NCBI GenBank assembly: GCA_964016885.1
Contig: OZ024740.1
Span: 415,958,001 to 416,022,000, forward strand
Direction: 5' to 3'
Length of the DNA: 64,000 nt
From: Eledone cirrhosa
Lineage: Eukaryota
The notes beneath the pieces were generated by a model. That model had not been told where the DNA came from. It did no database searches and saw only the letters and a program-made list of their open reading frames with translations. The position numbers and the translations under genes are program-made. Shown in pieces: positions 1 to 12,783 of the stretch (the first letter of the stretch is position 1; the number at the start of each line of letters is the position of its first letter).

Positions 1-1771
1 ATTTATTTACTACTCAAACCTTTAGAATTGCTAAATTTATTTACTAGTCACACCTTTAGAATTGCTAAATGTATTTACTACTCATACCTTTAGAATTGAT
101 AAATTTATTTACTACTCAAACCTTTAGAATTGGTAAATGTATTTACTACTCAAACCTTTAGAATTGCTAAATTTATTTACTATTCAAACCTTTAGAATTG
201 TTAAATTTATTAACTAATCAAACCTTTAGAATTGCTAAATGTATTTACTACTCAAACCTTTGGAATTGCTAAATTTATTACTACTCAAACCTTTAGAATT
301 GCTAAATTTATTAACTACTCAAACCTTTAGAATTGCAAAATTTATTTACTACTCAAACCTTTAGAATTGCTAAATTTATTCACTACTCAAACCTTTTGAA
401 TTGCTAAATTAATTTACTACACAAACCTTTAGAATTGCTAGATTTATTAACTACTCAAATCTTTAGAATTGCTCAAATTATTTACTACTCAAACCTTTAG
501 AATTGCTAAATTTATTTACTATTCAAACCTTTAGAATTGCTAAATTTATTTACTACTCAAACCTTTAGAATTGCTAAATTTATTTACTACTCAAACCTTT
601 AGAATTGCTAAATGTATTTACTACTAACACCTTTAGAATTGCTAAATTTATTTACTACTCAAACCTTTAGAATTGCTAAATTTATTAACTACTCAAACCT
701 TTAGAATTGCTAAATGTATTTACTACTCAAACCTTTGGAATTGCTAAATTTATTTGCTACTCAAACCTTTAGAATTGCTAAATTTATTTACTACTCAAAC
801 CGTTAGAATTGCTAAATTTATTTACTACTCAAACCTTTAGAATTGCTAAATTTATTTACTACTCAAACCTTTAGAATTTGTAAATTTATTTACAACTCAA
901 ACCTTTAGAATTGCTAAATTTATTAACTACTGAAACCTTTAGAATTGCTAAATTTATTCACTACTCAAACCTTTAGAATTGCTAAATTTATTTACTACTC
1001 AAACCTTTAGAATTGCTAAATTTATTAACTACTCAAACCTTTAGAATTGCTCAAATTATTTACTACTCAAACCTTTAGAATTGCTAAACTTATTTACTAC
1101 TCAAACCTTTAGAATTGCTAAATGTATTTACTACTAACACCTTTAGAATTGCTAAATTTATTTACTACTCAAACCTTTAGAATTGCTAAATTTATTTACT
1201 ACTCAAACCTTTAGAATTGCTAAATTTATTAACTACTCAAACCTTTAGAATTGCTAAAATTATTTACTATTCAAACCTTTAGAATTGCTAAATTTATTTA
1301 ATATTCAAACCTTTAGAATTGCTAAATTTATTAACTACTCAAACCTTTAGAATTGCTAAATGTTTTTACTACTCAAACCTTTGGAATTGCTCAAATTATT
1401 TACTACTCAAACCTTTAGAATTGCTAAATTTATTAACTACTCAAACCTTTAGAATTGCTAAATGTATTTACTACTCAAACCTTTGGAATTGCTAAATTTA
1501 TTTACTACTCAAACCTCTAGAACTGCTAAATTTATTTACTAATCAAACCTTTAGAATTACTAAATATATTTACTACTCAAACCTTTTGAATTTGTAAATT
1601 TATTTACTACTCAAACCTTTAGAATTGCTTAATTTAATAACTACTCAAACCTTTAGAATTGCTAAATTTATTCACTTCTTAAACCTTTAGAATTGCTAAA
1701 TTTATTTACTACTCAAACCTTTAGAATTGCTCAAATTATTTACTACTCACACCTTTAGAATTGCTAAATTT

Positions 1772-4700
1772 ATTTACTAATCAAACCTTTAGAATTGCTA
1801 AATTTATTTACTATTCAAACCTTTAGAATTGCTAAATTTATTTACTAGTCACTCCTTTAGAATTGCTAAATGTATTTACTAATCACACCTTTAGAATTGC
1901 TAAATTTATTTACAACTCAAACCTTTAGAATTGCTAAATTTATTAACTACTGAAACCTTTAGAATTGCTAAATTTATTCACTACTCAAACCTTTAGAATT
2001 GCTAAATTTATTTACTACTCAAACCTTTAGAATTGCTAAATTTATTAACTACTCAAACCTTTAGAATTGCTCAAATTATTTACTACTCAAACCTTTAGAA
2101 TTGCTAAACTTATTTACTACTCAAACCTTTAGAATTGCTAAATGTATTTACTACTAACACCTTTAGAATTGCTAAATTTATTTACTATTCAAACCTTTAG
2201 AATTGCTAAATTTATTTACTACTCAAACCTTTAGAATTGCTAAATTTATTTACTACTCAAACCTTTAGAATTGCTAAATGTATTTACTACTAACACCTTT
2301 AGAATTGCTAAATTTATTTACTACTCAAACCTTTAGAATTGCTAAATTTATTTACTACTCAAACCTTTAGAATTGCTAAATTTATTAACTACTCAAACCT
2401 TTAGAGTTGCTAAACGTATTTACTACTCAAACCTTTGGAATTGCTAAATTTATTTACTACTCAAACCTTTAGAATTGCTAAATTTATTTACTACTCAAAC
2501 CATTAGAATTGATGAATTTATTTACTACTAACACCTTTAGAATTGCTAAAATTATTTACTACTCAAACCTTTAGAATTGCTAAATTTATTTACTATTCAA
2601 ACCTTTAGAATTGCTAAATTTATTAACTACTCAAACCTTTAGAATTGCTAAATGTTTTTACTACTCAAACCTTTGGAATTGCTCAAATTATTTACTACTC
2701 AAACCTTTAGAATTGCTAAATTTATTAACTACTCAAACCTTTAGAATTGCTAAATGTATTTACTACTCAAACCTTTGGAATTGCTAAATTTATTTGCTAC
2801 TCAAACCTTTAGAATTGCTAAATTTATTTACTACTCAAACCGTTAGAATTGCTAAATTTATTTACTACTCAAACCTTTAGAATTGCTAAATTTATTTACT
2901 ACTCAAACCTTTAGAATTTGTAAATTTATTTACAACTCAAACCTTTAGAATTGCTAAATTTATTAACTACTGAAACCTTTAGAATTGCTAAATTTATTCA
3001 CTACTCAAACCTTTAGAATTGCTAAATTTATTTACTACTCAAACCTTTAGAATTGCTAAATTTATTAACTACTCAAACCTTTAGAATTGCTCAAATTATT
3101 TACTACTCAAACCTTTAGAATTGCTAAACTTATTTACTACTCAAACCTTTAGAATTGCTAAATGTATTTACTACTAACACCTTTAGAATTGCTAAATTTA
3201 TTTACTACTCAAACCTTTAGAATTGCTAAATTTATTTACTACTCAAACCTTTAGAATTGCTAAATTTATTAACTACTCAAACCTTTAGAATTGCTAAAAT
3301 TATTTACTACTCAAACCTTTAGAATTGCTAAATTTATTTAATATTCAAACCTTTAGAATTGCTAAATTTATTAACTACTCAAACCTTTAGAATTGCTAAA
3401 TGTTTTTACTACTCAAACCTTTGGAATTGCTCAAATTATTTACTACTCAAACCTTTGGAATTGCTAAATTTATTAACTACTCAAACCTTTAGAATTGCTA
3501 AATGTATTTACTACTCAAACCTTTGGAATTGCTAAATTTATTTGCTACTCAAACCTTTAGAATTGCTAAATTTATTTACTACTCAAACCGTTAGAATTGC
3601 TAAATTTATTTACTACTCAAACCTTTAGAATTGCTAAATTTATTTACTACTCAAACCTTTAGAATTTGTAAATTTATTTACAACTCAAACCTTTAGAATT
3701 GCTAAATTTATTAACTACTGAAACCTTTAGAATTGCTAAATTTATTCACTACTCAAACCTTTAGAATTGCTAAATTTATTTACTACTCAAACCTTTAGAA
3801 TTGCTAAATTTATTAACTACTCAAACCTTTAGAATTGCTCAAATTATTTACTACTCAAACCTTTAGAATTGCTAAACTTATTTACTACTCAAACCTTTAG
3901 AATTGCTAAATGTATTTACTACTAACACCTTTAGAATTGCTAAATTTATTTACTACTCAAACCTTTAGAATTGCTAAATTTATTTACTACTCAAACCTTT
4001 AGAATTGCTAAATTTATTAACTACTCAAACCTTTAGAATTGCTAAAATTATTTACTACTCAAACCTTTAGAATTGCTAAATTTATTTAATATTCAAACCT
4101 TTAGAATTGCTAAATTTATTAACTACTCAAACCTTTAGAATTGCTAAATGTTTTTACTACTCAAACCTTTGGAATTGCTCAAATTATTTACTACTCAAAC
4201 CTTTAGAATTGCTAAATTTATTAACTAATCAAACCTTTAGAATTGCTAAATGTATTTACTACTCAAACCTTTGGAATTGCTAAATTTATTTACTACTCAA
4301 ACCTCTAGAACTGCTAAATTTATTTACTAATCAAACCTTTAGAATTACTAAATATATTTACTACTCAAACCTTTTGAATTTGTAAATTTATTTACTACTC
4401 AAACCTTTAGAATTGCTTAATTTAATAACTACTCAAACCTTTAGAATTGCTAAATTTATTCACTACTCAAACCTTTAGAATTGCTAAATTTATTTACTAC
4501 TCAAACCTTTAGAATTGCTCAAATTATTTACTACTCACACCTTTAGAATTGCTAAATTTATTTACTAATCAAACCTTTAGAATTGCTAAATTTATTTACT
4601 ATTCAAACCTTTAGAATTGCTAAATTTATTTACTAGTCACTCCTTTAGAATTGCTAAATGTATTTACTAATCACACCTTTAGAATTGCTAAATTTATTTA

Positions 4701-7277
4701 CAACTCAAACCTTTAGAATTGCTAAATTTATTAACTACTGAAACCTTTAGAATTGCTAAATTTATTCACTACTCAAACCTTTAGAATTGCTAAATTTATT
4801 TACTACTCAAACCTTTAGAATTGCTAAATTTATTAACTACTCAAACCTTTAGAATTGCTCAAATTATTTACTACTCAAACCTTTAGAATTGCTAAACTTA
4901 TTTACTACTCAAACCTTTAGAATTGCTAAATGTATTTACTACTAACACCTTTAGAATTGCTAAATTTATATACTACTCAAACCTTTAGAATTGATAAATT
5001 TATTTACTACTCAAACCTTTAGAATTGCTAAATTTATTAACTACTCAAACCTTTAGAATTGCTAAAATTATTTACTACTCAAACCTTTAGAATTGCTAAA
5101 TTTATTTAATATTCAAACCTTTAGAATTGCTAAATTTATTAACTACTCAAACCTTTAGAATTGCTAAATGTTTTTACTACTCAAACCTTTGGAATTGTTC
5201 AAATTATTTACTACTCAAACCTTTGGAATTGCTAAATTTATTAACTACTCAAACCTTTAGAATTGCTAAATGTATTTACTACTCAAACCTTTGGAATTGC
5301 TAAATTTATTTGCTACTCAAGCCTTTAGAATTGCTAAATTTATTTACTACTCAAACCGTTAGAATTGCTAAATTTATTTACTACTCAAACCTTTAGAATT
5401 GCTAAATTTATTTACTACTCAAACCTTTAGAATTTGTAAATTTATTTACAACTCAAACCTTTAGAATTGCTAAATTTATTAACTACTGAAACCTTTAGAA
5501 TTGCTAAATTTATTCACTACTCAAACCTTTAGAATTGCTAAATTTATTTACTACTCAAACCTTTAGAATTGCTAAATTTATTAACTACTCAAACCTTTAG
5601 AATTGCTCAAATTATTTACTACTCAAACCTTTAGAATTGCTAAACTTATTTACTACTCAAACCTTTAGAATTGCTAAATGTATTTACTACTAACACCTTT
5701 AGAATTGCTAAATTTATTTACTACTCAAACCTTTAGAATTGCTAAATTTATTTACTACTCAAACCTTTAGAATTGCTAAATTTATTAACTACTCAAACCT
5801 TTAGAATTGCTAAAATTATTTACTACTCAAACCTTTAGAATTGCTAAATTTATTTAATATTCAAACCTTTAGAATTGCTAAATTTATTAACTACTCAAAC
5901 CTTTAGAATTGCTAAATGTTTTTACTACTCAAACCTTTGGAATTGCTCAAATTATTTACTACTCAAACCTTTAGAATTGCTAAATTTATTAACTACTCAA
6001 ACCTTTAGAATTGCTAAATTTATTTACTACTCAAACATTTGGAATTGCTAAATTTATTTACTACTCAAACCTCTAGAACTGCTAAATTTATTTACTAATC
6101 AAACCTTTAGAATTACTAAATATATTTACTACTCAAACCTTTTGAATTTGTAAATTTATTTACTACTCAAACCTTTAGAATTGCTTAATTTAATAACTAC
6201 TCAAACCTTTAGAACTGCTAAATTTATTCACTACTCAAACCTTTAGAATTGCTAAATTTATTTACTACTCAAACCTTTAGAATTGCTCAAATTATTTACT
6301 ACTCACACCTTTAGAATTGCTAAATTTATTTACTAATCAAACCTTTAGAATTGCTAAATTTATTTACTATTCAAACCTTTAGAATTGCTAAATTTATTTA
6401 CTAGTCACTCCTTTAGAATTGCTAAATGTATTTACTAATCACACCTTTAGAATTGCTAAATTTATTTACTACTCAAACCTTTAGAATTGCTAAATTTATT
6501 TACTACTCAAACCTTTAGAATTGCTAAATTTATTTACTATTCAAACCTTTAGAATTGCTAAATTTATTAACTACTCAAACCTTTAGAATTGCGAAATGTA
6601 TTTACTACTCAAACCTTTGGAATTGCTAAATTTATTTACTACTCAAACCTTTAGAATTGCTAAATTTATTTACTACTCAAACCTTTTGAATTGATGAATT
6701 TATTTACTACTCAAACCTTTAGAATTGCTAAATTTATTTACTACTCAAACCTTTAGAATTGCTAAATTTATTACTACTCAAACCTTTAGAATTGCTAAAT
6801 TTATTAACTACTCAAACCTTTAGAATTGCTAAATTTATTCAATACTCAAACCTGTAGAATTGCTAAATTTATTCACTACTCAAACGTTTTGAATTGCTAA
6901 ATTTATTTACTACTCAAACCTTTAGAATTGCTAAATTTATTTACTATTCAAACCTTTAGAATTGCTAAATTTATTAACTACTCAAACCTTTAGAATTGCT
7001 AAATGTATTTACTACTCAAACCTTTGGAATTGCTAAATTTATTACTACTCAAACCTTTAGAATTGCTAAATTTATTAACTACTCAAACCTTTAGAATTGC
7101 TAAATTTATTTACTACTCAAACCTTTAGAATTGCTAAATTTATTCACTACTCAAACCTTTAGAATTGCTAAATTTATTCACTACTCAAACCTTTTGAATT
7201 GCTAAATTTATTTACTACTCAAACCTTTAGAATGGCTAAATTTATTAACTACTCAAATCTTTAGAATTGCTCAAATT
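1772..7277. repeat. 5,506-bp super-HOR (162 monomers, two of them 33 bp), copy 1
   Basis: Markers recur at exactly +5506: GCGAAATG 6591 to 12097; TCTAGA 4304 to 9810 and 6072 to 11578; ACTGAAACC 1952 to 7458. Confidence 0.9.
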
Positions 7278-10200
7278 ATTTACTAATCAAACCTTTAGAA
7301 TTGCTAAATTTATTTACTATTCAAACCTTTAGAATTGCTAAATTTATTTACTAGTCACTCCTTTAGAATTGCTAAATGTATTTACTAATCACACCTTTAG
7401 AATTGCTAAATTTATTTACAACTCAAACCTTTAGAATTGCTAAATTTATTAACTACTGAAACCTTTAGAATTGCTAAATTTATTCACTACTCAAACCTTT
7501 AGAATTGCTAAATTTATTTACTACTCAAACCTTTAGAATTGCTAAATTTATTAACTACTCAAACCTTTAGAATTGCTCAAATTATTTACTACTCAAACCT
7601 TTAGAATTGCTAAACTTATTTACTACTCAAACCTTTAGAATTGCTAAATGTATTTACTACTAACACCTTTAGAATTGCTAAATTTATTTACTATTCAAAC
7701 CTTTAGAATTGCTAAATTTATTTACTACTCAAACCTTTAGAATTGCTAAATTTATTTACTACTCAAACCTTTAGAATTGCTAAATGTATTTACTACTAAC
7801 ACCTTTAGAATTGCTAAATTTATTTACTACTCAAACCTTTAGAATTGCTAAATTTATTTACTACTCAAACCTTTAGAATTGCTAAATTTATTAACTACTC
7901 AAACCTTTAGAGTTGCTAAACGTATTTACTACTCAAACCTTTGGAATTGCTAAATTTATTTACTACTCAAACCTTTAGAATTGCTAAATTTATTTACTAC
8001 TCAAACCATTAGAATTGATGAATTTATTTACTACTAACACCTTTAGAATTGCTAAAATTATTTACTACTCAAACCTTTAGAATTGCTAAATTTATTTACT
8101 ATTCAAACCTTTAGAATTGCTAAATTTATTAACTACTCAAACCTTTAGAATTGCTAAATGTTTTTACTACTCAAACCTTTGGAATTGCTCAAATTATTTA
8201 CTACTCAAACCTTTAGAATTGCTAAATTTATTAACTACTCAAACCTTTAGAATTGCTAAATGTATTTACTACTCAAACCTTTGGAATTGCTAAATTTATT
8301 TGCTACTCAAACCTTTAGAATTGCTAAATTTATTTACTACTCAAACCGTTAGAATTGCTAAATTTATTTACTACTCAAACCTTTAGAATTGCTAAATTTA
8401 TTTACTACTCAAACCTTTAGAATTTGTAAATTTATTTACAACTCAAACCTTTAGAATTGCTAAATTTATTAACTACTGAAACCTTTAGAATTGCTAAATT
8501 TATTCACTACTCAAACCTTTAGAATTGCTAAATTTATTTACTACTCAAACCTTTAGAATTGCTAAATTTATTAACTACTCAAACCTTTAGAATTGCTCAA
8601 ATTATTTACTACTCAAACCTTTAGAATTGCTAAACTTATTTACTACTCAAACCTTTAGAATTGCTAAATGTATTTACTACTAACACCTTTAGAATTGCTA
8701 AATTTATTTACTACTCAAACCTTTAGAATTGCTAAATTTATTTACTACTCAAACCTTTAGAATTGCTAAATTTATTAACTACTCAAACCTTTAGAATTGC
8801 TAAAATTATTTACTACTCAAACCTTTAGAATTGCTAAATTTATTTAATATTCAAACCTTTAGAATTGCTAAATTTATTAACTACTCAAACCTTTAGAATT
8901 GCTAAATGTTTTTACTACTCAAACCTTTGGAATTGCTCAAATTATTTACTACTCAAACCTTTGGAATTGCTAAATTTATTAACTACTCAAACCTTTAGAA
9001 TTGCTAAATGTATTTACTACTCAAACCTTTGGAATTGCTAAATTTATTTGCTACTCAAACCTTTAGAATTGCTAAATTTATTTACTACTCAAACCGTTAG
9101 AATTGCTAAATTTATTTACTACTCAAACCTTTAGAATTGCTAAATTTATTTACTACTCAAACCTTTAGAATTTGTAAATTTATTTACAACTCAAACCTTT
9201 AGAATTGCTAAATTTATTAACTACTGAAACCTTTAGAATTGCTAAATTTATTCACTACTCAAACCTTTAGAATTGCTAAATTTATTTACTACTCAAACCT
9301 TTAGAATTGCTAAATTTATTAACTACTCAAACCTTTAGAATTGCTCAAATTATTTACTACTCAAACCTTTAGAATTGCTAAACTTATTTACTACTCAAAC
9401 CTTTAGAATTGCTAAATGTATTTACTACTAACACCTTTAGAATTGCTAAATTTATTTACTACTCAAACCTTTAGAATTGCTAAATTTATTTACTACTCAA
9501 ACCTTTAGAATTGCTAAATTTATTAACTACTCAAACCTTTAGAATTGCTAAAATTATTTACTACTCAAACCTTTAGAATTGCTAAATTTATTTAATATTC
9601 AAACCTTTAGAATTGCTAAATTTATTAACTACTCAAACCTTTAGAATTGCTAAATGTTTTTACTACTCAAACCTTTGGAATTGCTCAAATTATTTACTAC
9701 TCAAACCTTTAGAATTGCTAAATTTATTAACTAATCAAACCTTTAGAATTGCTAAATGTATTTACTACTCAAACCTTTGGAATTGCTAAATTTATTTACT
9801 ACTCAAACCTCTAGAACTGCTAAATTTATTTACTAATCAAACCTTTAGAATTACTAAATATATTTACTACTCAAACCTTTTGAATTTGTAAATTTATTTA
9901 CTACTCAAACCTTTAGAATTGCTTAATTTAATAACTACTCAAACCTTTAGAATTGCTAAATTTATTCACTACTCAAACCTTTAGAATTGCTAAATTTATT
10001 TACTACTCAAACCTTTAGAATTGCTCAAATTATTTACTACTCACACCTTTAGAATTGCTAAATTTATTTACTAATCAAACCTTTAGAATTGCTAAATTTA
10101 TTTACTATTCAAACCTTTAGAATTGCTAAATTTATTTACTAGTCACTCCTTTAGAATTGCTAAATGTATTTACTAATCACACCTTTAGAATTGCTAAATT

Positions 10201-12783
10201 TATTTACAACTCAAACCTTTAGAATTGCTAAATTTATTAACTACTGAAACCTTTAGAATTGCTAAATTTATTCACTACTCAAACCTTTAGAATTGCTAAA
10301 TTTATTTACTACTCAAACCTTTAGAATTGCTAAATTTATTAACTACTCAAACCTTTAGAATTGCTCAAATTATTTACTACTCAAACCTTTAGAATTGCTA
10401 AACTTATTTACTACTCAAACCTTTAGAATTGCTAAATGTATTTACTACTAACACCTTTAGAATTGCTAAATTTATATACTACTCAAACCTTTAGAATTGA
10501 TAAATTTATTTACTACTCAAACCTTTAGAATTGCTAAATTTATTAACTACTCAAACCTTTAGAATTGCTAAAATTATTTACTACTCAAACCTTTAGAATT
10601 GCTAAATTTATTTAATATTCAAACCTTTAGAATTGCTAAATTTATTAACTACTCAAACCTTTAGAATTGCTAAATGTTTTTACTACTCAAACCTTTGGAA
10701 TTGCTCAAATTATTTACTACTCAAACCTTTGGAATTGCTAAATTTATTAACTACTCAAACCTTTAGAATTGCTAAATGTATTTACTACTCAAACCTTTGG
10801 AATTGCTAAATTTATTTGCTACTCAAACCTTTAGAATTGCTAAATTTATTTACTACTCAAACCGTTAGAATTGCTAAATTTATTTACTACTCAAACCTTT
10901 AGAATTGCTAAATTTATTTACTACTCAAACCTTTAGAATTTGTAAATTTATTTACAACTCAAACCTTTAGAATTGCTAAATTTATTAACTACTGAAACCT
11001 TTAGAATTGCTAAATTTATTCACTACTCAAACCTTTAGAATTGCTAAATTTATTTACTACTCAAACCTTTAGAATTGCTAAATTTATTAACTACTCAAAC
11101 CTTTAGAATTGCTCAAATTATTTACTACTCAAACCTTTAGAATTGCTAAACTTATTTACTACTCAAACCTTTAGAATTGCTAAATGTATTTACTACTAAC
11201 ACCTTTAGAATTGCTAAATTTATTTACTACTCAAACCTTTAGAATTGCTAAATTTATTTACTACTCAAACCTTTAGAATTGCTAAATTTATTAACTACTC
11301 AAACCTTTAGAATTGCTAAAATTATTTACTACTCAAACCTTTAGAATTGCTAAATTTATTTAATATTCAAACCTTTAGAATTGCTAAATTTATTAACTAC
11401 TCAAACCTTTAGAATTGCTAAATGTTTTTACTACTCAAACCTTTGGAATTGCTCAAATTATTTACTACTCAAACCTTTAGAATTGCTAAATTTATTAACT
11501 ACTCAAACCTTTAGAATTGCTAAATTTATTTACTACTCAAACATTTGGAATTGCTAAATTTATTTACTACTCAAACCTCTAGAACTGCTAAATTTATTTA
11601 CTAATCAAACCTTTAGAATTACTAAATATATTTACTACTCAAACCTTTTGAATTTGTAAATTTATTTACTACTCAAACCTTTAGAATTGCTTAATTTAAT
11701 AACTACTCAAACCTTTAGAACTGCTAAATTTATTCACTACTCAAACCTTTAGAATTGCTAAATTTATTTACTACTCAAACCTTTAGAATTGCTCAAATTA
11801 TTTACTACTCACACCTTTAGAATTGCTAAATTTATTTACTAATCAAACCTTTAGAATTGCTAAATTTATTTACTATTCAAACCTTTAGAATTGCTAAATT
11901 TATTTACTAGTCACTCCTTTAGAATTGCTAAATGTATTTACTAATCACACCTTTAGAATTGCTAAATTTATTTACTACTCAAACCTTTAGAATTGCTAAA
12001 TTTATTTACTACTCAAACCTTTAGAATTGCTAAATTTATTTACTATTCAAACCTTTAGAATTGCTAAATTTATTAACTACTCAAACCTTTAGAATTGCGA
12101 AATGTATTTACTACTCAAACCTTTGGAATTGCTAAATTTATTTACTACTCAAACCTTTAGAATTGCTAAATTTATTTACTACTCAAACCTTTTGAATTGA
12201 TGAATTTATTTACTACTCAAACCTTTAGAATTGCTAAATTTATTTACTACTCAAACCTTTAGAATTGCTAAATTTATTACTACTCAAACCTTTAGAATTG
12301 CTAAATTTATTAACTACTCAAACCTTTAGAATTGCTAAATTTATTCAATACTCAAACCTGTAGAATTGCTAAATTTATTCACTACTCAAACGTTTTGAAT
12401 TGCTAAATTTATTTACTACTCAAACCTTTAGAATTGCTAAATTTATTTACTATTCAAACCTTTAGAATTGCTAAATTTATTAACTACTCAAACCTTTAGA
12501 ATTGCTAAATGTATTTACTACTCAAACCTTTGGAATTGCTAAATTTATTACTACTCAAACCTTTAGAATTGCTAAATTTATTAACTACTCAAACCTTTAG
12601 AATTGCTAAATTTATTTACTACTCAAACCTTTAGAATTGCTAAATTTATTCACTACTCAAACCTTTAGAATTGCTAAATTTATTCACTACTCAAACCTTT
12701 TGAATTGCTAAATTTATTTACTACTCAAACCTTTAGAATGGCTAAATTTATTAACTACTCAAATCTTTAGAATTGCTCAAATT
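7278..12783. repeat. 5,506-bp super-HOR, copy 2
   Basis: Same marker order as copy 1. Junction marker TACTAATC at 1775, 7281 and 12787 (+5506 each). Confidence 0.9.

Noticed and set aside
1-34. loxP/FRT-like 34-bp recombinase site array
   Set aside because: Only the length matches. The 13-8-13 inverted-repeat architecture and sequence similarity are lacking.
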